Origin: Octopus bimaculoides
Lineage: Eukaryota
Length of the DNA: 53,769 nt
NCBI RefSeq assembly: GCF_001194135.2
Contig: NC_068998.1
Location: forward strand, 18,558,254-18,612,022
Direction: 5' to 3'
Shown piece by piece: positions 22,489-33,829 of the stretch. The notes beneath the pieces were generated by a model, which was not told where the DNA came from, ran no database searches, and worked only from the letters and a program-made list of their open reading frames with translations. Made by a program: the position numbers and the translations under genes. Each line of letters opens with the position of its first letter. The stretch's first letter is position 1.

Positions 22489-23570
22489 CCCTTCAGTATT
22501 TAAACCAGCTATATCCGGCCAAAATATTTTATCAGTTTTATGTTCAAACTAATCAGATCTGGCCTATTATATTTACCTTACAGTATTATTCTAGAAATAT
22601 GCGTACGAACAACCATGCTACATGGCAGTGAAACATGGGCTGTAACTGCTGAGGACATACGTAAGCTCGCAAGGAATGAAGCCAGTATGCTCCGTTGGAT
22701 GTGTAATGTCAATGTGAATACCCGTCAGAGTGTAAGTATCTTGAGAGAAAAGCTGAACATTAGAAGCATCAGTTGTGGCGTGCAAGAGAGACGATTGCGC
22801 TGGTATGGACATGTGGTGAGAATGGAGGAGGATAGCTGCGTGAAAAAGTGCCACACCCTAACAGTTGAGGGAACCCGTGGAAGAGGTAGGCCCAGGAAGA
22901 CCTGGGCTGAGGTGGTGAGGCAAGACCTTCGTACATTGGGCCTCACCGAGGCGATGACTNNNNNNNNNNNNNNNNNNNNNNNNNNNNNNNNNNNNNNNNN
23001 NNNNNNNNNNNNNNNNNNNNNNNNNNNNNNNNNNNNNNNNNNNNNNNNNNNNNNNNNNNNNNNNNNNNNNNNNNNNNNNNNNNNNNNNNNNNNNNNNNNN
23101 NNNNNNNNNNNNNNNNNNNNNNNNNNNNNNNNNNNNNNNNNNNNNNNNNNNNNNNNNNNNNNNNNNNNNNNNNNNNNNNNNNNNNNNNNNNNNNNNNNNN
23201 NNNNNNNNNNNNNNNNNNNNNNNNNNNNNNNNNNGGCACATAAAAGACACCATTTCGAGCGTGGCCGTTTTCGTGCGGGTGACACGTAAAAGCACCCACT
23301 ACACTCTCTGAGTGGTTGGCGTTAGGAAGGGCATCCAGCTGTAGAAACTCTGCCAAATCAGACTGGAGCCTGGTGTTGCCATCCGGTTTCACCAGTCCTC
23401 AGTCAAATCGTCCAACCCATGCTAGCATGGAAAGCGGACGTTAAACGATGATGATGACGATGATGATGATGTCATTGAAAGCTCAAAGTTACAAGATAAT
23501 GCGTGACTAATTCAAATGAATGTGAAGAAATCAGCATTGCATTTGACAGAGTTGTCTGAATGCTAAAGGG
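22489..23570. mobile_element. piggyBac-like MITE interrupted by an RTE
   Basis: TTAA(22485-22488)|cccttcagtattta ... tgaatgctaaaggg|TTAA(23571-23574). Confidence 0.75.
22595..23470 (+). mobile_element. Young 5'-truncated RTE family E copy
   Basis: Open C-terminus CVRTTMLHGSETWAVTAEDIRKLARNEASMLRWMC..ERRLRWYGHVVRM..GTRGRGRPRKTWAEVVRQDLRTLGLTEAMT, then a gap, UTR and (GAT)n tail. Confidence 0.93.
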
Positions 23571-23834
23571 TTAATGATTTAATATGGTAGGGACATTCTA
23601 AGTGAGCAAAAAGTCAAACTTTGATTATGGATGAGTCGAAAGAGTTCAGTAAATCCAGATATTGGCAGATAACTGGATTTGATTGTTATACCACTGCTCC
23701 TACCACATTTGATACAGTCTATCTATCCATCCATCCATCCACTTCTCTGCTCATTATTTCTGGAAGGATTGCAGGAGTAAAATCCTCAAGGTGCTTTCTC
23801 TATAACTACTATGAAAAGCAACTATCATTTACAC

Positions 23835-24106
23835 TGAGCGAGATCGTTGCCAGTGCAGGTGGCACATAAAACACACCATTTCGAGCGTGGCCGTCGCCAG
23901 TTCCACCTGACTGGCCCTTGTGCCGGTGGCACGTAAAACACCCACTACACTCTCGGAGTGGTTGGCGTTAGGAAGGGCATCCAGCTGTAGAAACTTTGCC
24001 AAATTAGATTGGAGCCTGGTGTCACCTCCTGGTCCACCAGTCCTTGGTTAAATCGTCCAACCCATGCTAGCATGGAAAGTGGACGTTAAACGATGATGAT
24101 GATGAA
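23835..24106 (+). mobile_element. RTE family E 3' UTR
   Basis: Near-identical to 23234-23460, ending gttaaacgatgatgatgatg. Confidence 0.88.
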
Positions 24107-24498
24107 TCCCAAGTGTAACCAACTGAGACTGTGGATATTATCCAACTATGTTGTTCTAGCTCCACTCTTAGGGCTTCCTCCAGTTGGCTCAACTTGAAGA
24201 AATCCATTTTGTGGTCCTTTCCTGCAATAGTTTAACCTCATGTCTCTAGTACCAGAGCAGTGACCTTTTAATGCAGAGGAGTGGTTTGACCTGGGATAAC
24301 TCGTTGAATCTCCAGGCTGTATACCGTGTAGAGTAACGTTACTTAAGAAACCCTGTTTAGGCCATTAATATTCACTCGTACTCTTTCAGTCATTACCAAA
24401 CATTCATAACCATGAAGATAAGCATAGAAATCGAATTGAAGATGTTTGCAGTTTTGTTATTTACACTTCTTTTTTATTTATTTTCTGTTGTCTTTCAG

Positions 24499-24608
24499 GT
24501 GTTGTCGAAACTGGTCTGTTCTTGAATATGGCGAAAGTAGCATATTTTGGCAATGCTGACGGCACAGTAAAAGTACGCAAAGCACCTGGTGTGCAGAATT
24601 GCTGCTAA
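24499..24608 (+). CDS. RPIA: Ribose-5-phosphate isomerase A, terminal coding exon
   Basis: Acceptor ttgtctttcag, then (G)VVETGLFLNMAKVAYFGNADGTVKVRKAPGVQNCC and stop TAA at 24606-24608. Contains the GVVETGLF motif. Confidence 0.97.
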
Positions 24609-25214
24609 TATGTAGTCTATTCTGTCAAATTGAAGCTAGCGGTTCTAATAAAAAGGAAAAGAAGGAAAGAAAAATAGCCTCAAAATCTCCATATTACCAT
24701 ACCCTCAACATTTTTATTTATTTTTTTAATTGTAAAATTTAGTGAAATTTTATGAATAATCATATTCATTTACATTTCATCTTTTCTTTCTTTCTCAGTT
24801 ATATACATTAATAATCTACTTCTTCATAATGTTTATATTGTCTAAAACTACTTTTATATCTGTGTCTGGCTATATTGATATAACAAGGCATGTTTCTCAG
24901 CCTGTTAATGATAAGCTTTTATTATCTTATGAGAATGCCCTCCCCATTCTTTCTCCTCTCTACCCCTGACTGCCACTATAGCCTTATTAGGCATTTTCCC
25001 CTCATAAACACCACTATCAAAGCTACAATTAGTAGAATATTTTTGTTTTTAAAAAAAAAACTAATTATATCCTGTACAAACAGCCCTCATATTAACCTGT
25101 CCTCCTCCCATGATAGTTACATTCATGGCTTATCCTATAGACTATCGTGGCTACAAAATATCATTTTGGCTTGATCTGCTGCATTCTTTCCCAGCTAGCC
25201 TTTTATTTAATGAC

Positions 25215-25380
25215 CAGTAGGTTGGCAGAATCAGGAGAGCATCAGACAAAATTCCTGCAATATTTAGTTTGCAGCTCTTTACATTCTGAGTTCAAATCCT
25301 GTCAAGGCCAGTTTTGCTTTGTATCCTTCCAGGGTCAATAAAATTAAAGTTATCATTTGAATATTGAGATCGATTTAATA
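25215..25380 (+). mobile_element. SINE family B, decayed (in the putative RPIA 3' UTR)
   Basis: ttggcagaatc..tacattctgagttcaaatcc..gtatccttccagggtcaataaaattaaag. Confidence 0.65.
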
Positions 25381-26842
25381 TTCATATAATAGAGATGTTT
25401 TGTGTGTTGTTAACATGAGAGTTTTGGCCCTATCTATTGAAATCCAATCAGAATCAATTTAACTTTTCATTCCTCTAGGGTTAGTAAATGAGGTAGCAGT
25501 AATATACAGGAGGGGTTGATTCAGTCAACACTGCTTATTGTGTGCATGGACGTCCAGGTGTGGTGGTTGAGTTTAAATCTATCATCATTGTTTGTTTGTC
25601 AGGTACCTGCTCAGCTTTGTGAAATTTGTTACCAAGAAAATTGTTTAGTTAGTAACTGTCTAAATTGTATATAGTTGCATGAAGTGTATTGTGAATGTGT
25701 CGAGTCAGTTTTTTTTATAGTCTTTTAAATACATACAATGGAATAGATTTTTGTTTAAAGACATGTTTACAATGTGAATGTCTGTGTTAAATTTATGGAG
25801 CCATTAATTTTTAAAAAGTTTTATAGATGTTTCATAGCTGACGTCTTAAATCTGGACCAATTAATTGATCATGAATAATTTTAAAATGTTATGCATAGTT
25901 GCTCAAAATAGTTTTTAAAAAGATATATGTATGCCCAAATTTAATGAAGCAGTTGCTTGGTTGGTTACTATGTTGTAGAAAAGTTTGTGTTTAATTAACA
26001 CCATGACTAGTTAGCTTATAAAAATGTTTGAATCTATTGAAAGTGTTTTTTTTTTTCTGTTTTTGTATGTTCACTATCATAACCTTTATTCTTCACCCAA
26101 GACATTGAAACTTTGATCATGCTGTCTTTTCTGTCTTTATTGAGATTACATTAGATAATGTCTCTTTTCCTTTTTTAGATAAATTTTGCTGCTGTTTCTA
26201 ACAGGTTGAGTAACTATGATGAGGCTCTCCTGTTAGTCACAATGTTGTTGCTGTTTAGCTCTAAGTTATCCTTGATTGAACAGGCCTATGTTCAAAGGCA
26301 TTCCAATCATAATCATCCCTGTCTCTTTTTTTCTTTTTATCCCCTAAATGGAGATTTGGTTGCTGTTTCTAGCAAGTCAAGTAACCATGTAGAGGCTGTC
26401 TCACTGATTGCAGTTGGATTTTTTTAGTATGGCCGAAGATCTTTCTCTGCATGTCTTCTAGCAGGTTGTAGCTAGACGTCTTCAGTCAAATAGCACAATG
26501 CTATCATCCATCATGTTCTTCAGTAATTAAAATTATTAATATTTGATTTGTGCTTCACTTCTCATAACTCTAGTTTTTTGGTTTTCTCTGTAAATTTTCT
26601 TGTGCCATACAACAATGAAAATTCCCTAAATGTTTACTTCATCAGAATTATCTCTTTACATGACTTTTTAAACATTTTGTTCAGAAAGTACTTTCATTTC
26701 TTTTCCTTGTCAGACATAAAGGGGGAAAAAAAAAAATTGTGTACTTCGTTATTTCTGCGTGTGTGTGATTATCGGTAGTATGTATTTTAAGTATTAACTA
26801 TGGTTTTGTTTATCTCTAAGTGTGTGATTAAGAACAACTTTA

Positions 26843-26848
26843 AATAAA
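26843..26848 (+). promoter_or_regulatory. Candidate distal polyadenylation signal of RPIA (a proximal AATAAA is also at 24647-24652)
   Basis: AATAAA followed about 20-40 nt later by a T/GT-rich tract (cttgtcttgtttttaatt). It lies at the end of an AT-rich, mostly repeat-poor stretch after the stop codon. Confidence 0.35.
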
Positions 26849-27604
26849 ATAACATTACTTAAGTTAATCTTGTCTTGTTTTTAATTAAAAATTATCTTAA
26901 GCAATATTTTCATCTCATTTAGGTATTCTACGTTAATGTGTTTAATCTAGTAGATAAATTTATAAAGTTGTCATATCTATGAGGCTGTTCTTTATTTCTA
27001 TTAATTTTTAAAATATTTATCATTTACAATAGTCATGTAAAGCTCCTTTCTAGCTTCAAGAGTAAAGAAGAACAATTTTGGCATGCTTCTCATTTTTCTC
27101 TGGTAGTACCAATACAATTCTGCACTACAGTTTTCCATGAACTTTTAAATTTTGGATCAGATCCAAGCATGTGAGGTTGTACATTACCTGTAGATGAAAG
27201 AAGTCAAAATTCAAGGAAATATGAAGTGGATAACATTAATGTTTAAAAAAATATTAGAATTCTCATAGTCACTTTAAAACTATTTAGTTATCCAATAGAT
27301 TTTCTTTATCTGGTCAACATACACTACTGCAAGTCTTTTTCTGACACAGTAATGTTTGTTAGTAATTTTTTTTTTCCTAGTAGTTTAGCATAGGAAGTGA
27401 AGTACTTCCTAATCTCTTTTTAGAACCTGACGAACTAGTGAATTTCACAGACCAACAACTTGGCCTGAATAGGCACTCAAAGGCTGGGTGTTAGGTTAAG
27501 TGTAGTTTTGTTACGCAATGAAAATGAGGAGTTACATTCAATTTTCTTTGTCATTGTTCCTGTTTGATTCCATAAACTTTTATATGTATTCTTTTATATC
27601 TTAA

Positions 27605-27648
27605 CTCTTCATACATGCATTATATGTATGCACATGGATGTGTGTTTG

Positions 27649-27680
<32 letters not shown>

Positions 27681-27734
27681 CACATAGACCTATACACATA
27701 TATATGGCTGTATACATATATATAGATATATACA

Positions 27735-27768
<34 letters not shown>

Positions 27769-27845
27769 CACACACATATACATATGCATACATATATAGT
27801 TATCTGTATATGAAAATACATATGTGTGTGTATGTGTGCATATGC
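27605..27845. repeat. (TA)n/(CA)n/(TG)n compound microsatellite
   Basis: Seen directly. Confidence 0.9.
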
Positions 27846-28158
27846 TGTCAAATGTCCCTCAAAAAAGAAATCATCTAGCAGAATAATAAAATTTCCCAAA
27901 ACATTGTGTACAACCAAAGGCCAATATGTCTCAAAATTCTATATAAATAAAACAGACTCTGGTTAAATTAAAGTTGTTTGTAATTTTTTTTTTTGTTAGT
28001 TTCCTTTGAATTATTTGCAGTAATTGATCTTGATCCTTATTTTGATGCATTTTCTTAAACTACGTTGAACTAATGATGGCTAACAATTACTTAGTGAGTT
28101 AATCTCCCAATAAGCCTAATCTGTAATCTAGTTTTTATTACCAAGTATAACCTGACAT

Positions 28159-28545
28159 AAGTTGCGGCGCAATGGCCCAGTGGTTAGGGCAGCGGACTCG
28201 CGGTCATAGGATCGCGATTTCGATTCCCAGACCAGGCGTTGTGAGTGTTTATTGAGCAAAAACACTTAAAGCTCCAAGAGGCTCCAGCAGGGGATGGTTG
28301 GCGAACCCTGCTGTACTCTTTCACTACAACTTTCTCTCACTTTTGCTTCCTGTTTCTGTTGTACCTGTAATTCAAAACGCCAGCCTTGTCACACTGTGTC
28401 ACGCTGAATATCCCCGAGAACTACATTAAGAGTACACGTGTCTGTGGAGTGCTCAGCCACTTGCATGTTAGTTTCACGAGCAGGCTGTTCTGTTGATCAG
28501 ATCAACTGGAACCCTCGTTGTCGTAAGCGACGGAGTGCCAACAAC
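28159..28545 (+). mobile_element. Full-length tRNA-derived SINE family C with 12-bp TSD
   Basis: A-box tggcccagtgg, B-box-like gatttcgattcc and (CAA)n tail. TSD ataacctgacat at 28147-28158 and 28546-28557. Confidence 0.92.
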
Positions 28546-28729
28546 ATAACCTGACATCACTGCTGACACAGAAAGTAAATATTCATGTGCACATGTGTAT
28601 GTACATATATATCTAAATAATAACAATCGTATTGATGACAGTTGTAAACAGTATTTACAACAACATGTGTGGCAAAGTACTTGAGTCTGGGTGATTGATA
28701 ACATCTCAAATAAGGCTGTCAGCAAGATA

Positions 28730-30260
28730 TGGTGCAGTCCTCAGTGTAGGCACAATGAAAGGTAAGCTCTGGTGAGATTGTGGAGATGCTTCAGTGGTTG
28801 TGTGCAAGAGATATGATGGAAAGGATCCTCAGCCAAAACAATCACAGTCAAAAAGCAGCAATACAAATTCTTCTGGGCTAGTAACAGTGATGGTAGAAAA
28901 GGTGTAGCCATATTGTTTGCTGAGAAATGGATAGATAGAGCAATTGAAGTAAAGTGAGGGATAGGATAATTCGGACAAGAGTACTAAGAGAACAGCAACA
29001 TTTATCTTCGCACACAATCTACAATCAGGATTGACTGATGAACAGAAGTATTGTTTCTATGAGGCCTTTCTGTGGGCTTCATCAACACCAATTATGACTT
29101 CCTTATTGTGATTAGTGACTTTAACAGGCATGTTGGTCAAACCACGATGGTTTCCAGAGAAGTTTAAATCCTCCTGGAGTTCTGTGAAGCAACTGATCTC
29201 TAACAGTTTACTGCACATACTTCAAGAAATTGACCAGCCTTTCATCACCTACAAATCTGGCGAGCGTGCAAGTCTTAGATCTCATCTCATCTTATTAAGA
29301 AACGTGATAGTCAGGCCATTGTAAATGCCTCAACTTTAGTGGTGAGTGACTTGTCAATACGGATGCTAAAAGAATCTGCATTTGGTCATATTTTCAGTGA
29401 AATTCTAAGTGATGTATATGACTAAGGAGGAGATAGATTTGAAATAACCTATTGAAAACTACAGACCAAAATGTGTGGCTGATGTAAGATCCCAAGCAAA
29501 CCGAAGGTGATAGAATAACACAGTAAATAGTGCTGTAAAAACAGGTTTCGAAATTATGGAAGAAAGACAGAAGTAGAGAGCATTATTAGGGAAGCTAGGT
29601 GACAGACATACTGAGGGAAGAAGCAGAAAAGAAGAGATTTGCACATGTCATATGATGTATGGTGTTTGGGACCACAAGACAGTGTTAGAGAAAACCAAGA
29701 TGTCATTGGAATATGTGTATCTGAAATGACAAAACTCATGTCTTTCATTCTCTAACTTGAAGGTCTTTGATACAGTGCCATACTTTAAACTACTGGTCAT
29801 TAAGGAAACTAGCTATTGCTGAATGCCTTGTGAAAGCTACTCAAGTTATGTACAAAGGTGCAATCATTAAAGTAAGAGTCCCTGATGAGTTTAACAACAA
29901 ATTTATCATGAATGTACTGAGCTTTGGTTCATCAAAGCTCAGTACTCAGATTTATCCTAAATCTACTGACCATCACAGTGGAGTTCAAGACCAGCTGGGT
30001 CACATAGAATTGGAGAAGAAATTACAGGTATAGAAGTAAAACCTAGAACTGAGCGGTCTTATGGTAAACTAAGCAAAGACTAAGGTTTTAGTAATTAGGA
30101 AAGAAGACAGGACTTTGGTATTGTCAGAAAAATGGTCGTGCTTGATATACCCAAAAGGTATAGGTATAGACTCCATATGGATGCACAAAAGATGTGAGAT
30201 TACAGAGAAGGCATACTTCATGTATGGCAGATGCATTGGAGCAAACTACTAAGAATTTGA
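28730..30260 (+). mobile_element. Heavily deleted RTE LINE (endonuclease plus RT remnants)
   Basis: KYKFFWASNSDGRKGVAILFAEKWID; SDFNRHVG; LLEFCEATDL; WSLRKLAIAECLVKATQVMYKGAIIKVRV. Same family as 7465-7860 and 15690-16260. Confidence 0.78.
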
Positions 30261-30559
30261 CTTCCTTAAATGCCCTGATGACTCACTTTTTTAAGATGGT
30301 AGGGTGTGATTTTAGGTTGGTTTGGCTGCTATTTCTAGCAGGATGAAGCAGCCACACATTGGCTTGTGCCTCTGTTTACAGATTATAGTTAAGTGGACAA
30401 TAACTTATACTGATTTAGCATTTCATCCTTCTTGTATTGATAAAGTATCAATAATATATTGATGTTGAGTTCTTTGTCTATATACATATCTTCTCTTTGT
30501 GAGTACAACATAAGAACATCCCAGGTTTTACTATCCAGGACACCCATACTTTGACAAAT

Positions 30560-31580
30560 GTTTTTCAATTTAATATCATCAAAAGCATTCCAACACTAAA
30601 CTCAATCCTGACCCAATTCAGTTGTGCACTGTTATATCCACTTCTTCACAGCCACTTGCACCTTGTCTATGTCATCAAATCGTCCCCGAAGATTTCCCTG
30701 CTTTGAACTGAACAGGTGGAAGGTGGAGGACACTAGATCCGGGCAGTATGGTGATGGAGGATTACTGACTGGTTTAGTTTGCTGATTGCCTGATTTATTC
30801 CCAAAGATGTATGTGGTTGTGCAATTTCATTGTGGAATGTTTTCAAATTTTTGTTCATTCACTTGCTCCTAATGGTTTCTATAACCTTTTTGAGTGTCTC
30901 AATGTACCGCTCGTGGTACAGCCACTTTTCAGAAAATCATGAGAATGTCGTTCCAAAACACAGTCACCATGACTTTTTATGTCGATTACTGGCTCTTGAA
31001 TTTCTTGGCCCTTGAAGAAGAGGTGTGATCCTTCGTTTCTGGATCATAAAGATTCAACCACATTTCTTCCCTTGTCACCAGATCAAAATGCATCGCCATT
31101 GGCTTCAAATGTTTTCAATAGTTCAAAGCAGACGTCCACATTTCTCACCTTCAAATCAGGTGTCAAGTACCGATATACCCACTTTTCACACACTTTCTGA
31201 TACATAAAGTCTTCTCTTATCTTCAGCAAAGCATTGTGACGACAGTCGAATTGTGTAATAAGCTCACGGATTCTGACTCATGTCCGCACGAATCAGTCCT
31301 TTCATTCGATGGCGATTCGTGTCAGTGGTAACAGTTAATTTTCATCTGTATGCTTTGTCTCTCCTTTAAACTTCATCCATCTGTATCCATAACTCTTATC
31401 AATGGTGTCATTTTCTTAAACATGTACATGTTCGCAAAAGTCTGCACCCCCCCACCTTCAGCAAGAACTCAAAGACGACACGTTGCTTCTGCTTAGAACC
31501 CATTATTTGCCTGCAATGAAGAAGAAAAGAAGAGTTACTCTATTAACATAACATATGCAATTTGAACAACCTATATCAGT
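30560..31580 (-). mobile_element. mariner-type transposase relic
   Basis: On the minus strand: YLTPDLKVRNVDVCFELL (WVPR.LT-like), LVTREEMWLNLYDPETK (VTGDETW..YDPETK), KVMVTVFW, FHNEIAQPHTS (HDNARPH), PYCPDLVSSTFHLF (PYSPDLAPSDFHLF), RFDD. Confidence 0.88.
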
Positions 31581-32549
31581 TAATAAAAAGTTTAAACTAC
31601 TTTTACATGGCTTTCGGTACCTCCCTTGTACATGTACTTTTATGCATTAAGATGACTGAATTCCTTTTTAGCATATGTGCAAGAAGGCAAGAAGACAAAA
31701 AAAAAAGAAACAAACCGTTAAGTACTTGTTTGAAAAATTTTGTTTCAGTCATAAAGTTCGAGACTCCTCCAAATAACTTGATATGGGCCCAAGCACATTT
31801 CCACTGTCGGTGAAGGGGTCTCTGCATGGTGCTTGGGGAAATAGAATAGTAACCAAACCATCCTCAAACGACTCGTTAGCAACATAAAAGAGGATGGAGA
31901 CATTGGATAATGTGGTTTTGAATTCATTATTTCTGAATAATAATAATGATGACGACGATATATTGGTTGATCACAACTGGAACATCTTTAAACATAATGT
32001 CTGCTCAATCAGGATTGATTTCCAGTTAAACCACAACAAAAAGAACCTAACTTGTTCTTAAGTCTTAATTGACCCTTAGCATTTAATTAAGTCATAGAGC
32101 ATCACATCGAGGAATCTTATTCATGCACTGAATGACTTTTCTTAATGAGCATACTGTCCCAAATCTATGAAAGGCCATAAATAAAAAAAAAAGAATTGTG
32201 TTGATTTGCCATTAGGACAAAAATTTTTTTTTTTTTTTTACACATTTACAAGCATTTTATAACAAACCCAACAAATACCCATTCCCGTTGGTTATGGGAA
32301 TTATCTCTAATTTAAATGGATAGGAAAATAAATTTCACATTTTATCAAGGATGCCTTTTATAGTATAGATAAAAAAAGGAACGAGACGACAAAGTACTCA
32401 GCGTGGCATTTCAATCTTCTCATAGTTATCCACACTGCCCTAGATAAGCAATAAGAATTATTTGTGTCAGTGGGAAAGAAACTTCAGACAATTAACCTTA
32501 TTTTTCTATATTCATTATCATGTACATACATTCATGTGTATGTGATAAT

Positions 32550-32790
32550 GCATGACTCAGTGGTTAGAACGTCAGGCTTACAATCGCGAGGTTGTGAGTT
32601 CGATTTCCGGACCGGGCTGTATGTTGTGTTCTTCAGCAAGACACTGTATTTCGCTTGTAGTTCAATCAGCTGTAGAAATGAGTTGTGACATCACTGGTGC
32701 CAAGCTGTATCGGCCTTTGTTTTTCCCTTGGATGAGGGTCTGCCACAAACAACTTTGCCCAGACTTGTGCTTTTGAAGGGAACTTTCTGG
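32550..32790 (+). mobile_element. tRNA-head/CORE-like SINE, tail type iii
   Basis: tgactcagtggttag..gagttcgatttcc..tgttgtgttcttcagcaagacactgtatttc..gagttgtgacatcactggtgccaagctgtatcggcc. Confidence 0.75.
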
Positions 32791-32829
32791 GTACAACCCC
32801 ATGGCCTATAAAAGTTATGTCATATTGAA

Positions 32830-33170
32830 AACAAGAGAGTTCTAAACGTCAAAGATTATTTTCTCAGTTCTTTATTTTACTGCTTCGTCTATTATCAAAA
32901 TATGAAGGCAACTGATTTCCGATCAGCTGGAATCGGTGACCGAGTAGATAGTGACTCCACTTCTTTAAAGATTCTACAATGCCATAAGCTTCTCTGTCCA
33001 CAGAAGGATGTCTCTGTTCACAAACTGAAAGCGTTCATAGATAGAAAGCTACTGGGAGTCGTGATCGATATGTGATCGATATAGGGTAGCAGCAATAATA
33101 CGATGTGAAACATCGGTCATAACCACTTGTGGCATGATAGGATCATTAGCTTTCACAGCAAAGTTAGCAA
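32830..33170 (-). mobile_element. Ty3/Gypsy RNase H fragment
   Basis: On the minus strand: DPIMPQVVMTDVSHRIIAATL; PVAFYL*TLSVCEQRHPSVDREAYGIVESLKKWSHYLLGHRFQLI; FDNRRSSKIKN..RLELSCFQY. Confidence 0.88.
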
Positions 33171-33829
33171 TGTAGCTTTAAAATAATTCAGTCTCTAGTA
33201 CTGGCTGATTCACGTTCATAGAGCGCCTGATCTGAACAAGTACGTACATAAATAGCGAGAATTCATGATGAGAAATAAACATACTTTAGGCTAACTAAAA
33301 TGTGTTTGTGACATATTTTAACTTCTAAAGAAAATTTCGCAGCAGTTTAGCGTGGAGAAGAAAACCTCGTCAAAAATGATGGCTAATTGTAGTGTTTTAT
33401 ATATAAAAAAAGGTAGAAAAAAAATCAAATCCCCTTTTGCAATCATAAATTTTTTTCTACATTCCTGAAAATATAAAAAGATAAAATTAAGCCTATTAGA
33501 TGAGCATTTGATTGCCCGCCTGGTTTTTGAAACCGGATAGAGATTGCAACAATCTCTGAATACTAATCACCTGTGTGATAACGGTAAAAGAAATTTTGAA
33601 TTATAGAGTAATTCTTGCTGATACTATTATGTTTTTAAGTTTTTAATTTTTATTTTTTCAATCCTTAGGTCTGTTACTTTTTAATTGGTGCACGCTCCAT
33701 ATAAATGTTTCTTCTTTCCTTGTAATAATGACAGATTGTCAGAGTGTGAAACCTCTTTGAGGCAATTCTTTGTGTTGTTTTAAAGATTAGTTAAAATGTT
33801 TATCTAGTTGTATTTTTGTTATTAATTGT

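Noticed and set aside
27427-27445. CTGACGA-ACTAGT-GAAT as a hammerhead core
   Set aside because: It has GAAT instead of GAAA and no stems I or III.
28161-28235. tRNA-like cloverleaf heads (A and B boxes) as tRNA genes
   Set aside because: They continue into SINE bodies with tails and TSDs and are multi-copy, so they are SINE heads and not tRNA genes.
31603-31927. Short overlapping ORFs after the mariner relic as exons of a second gene
   Set aside because: No recognisable domain and no convincing splice-site pair.
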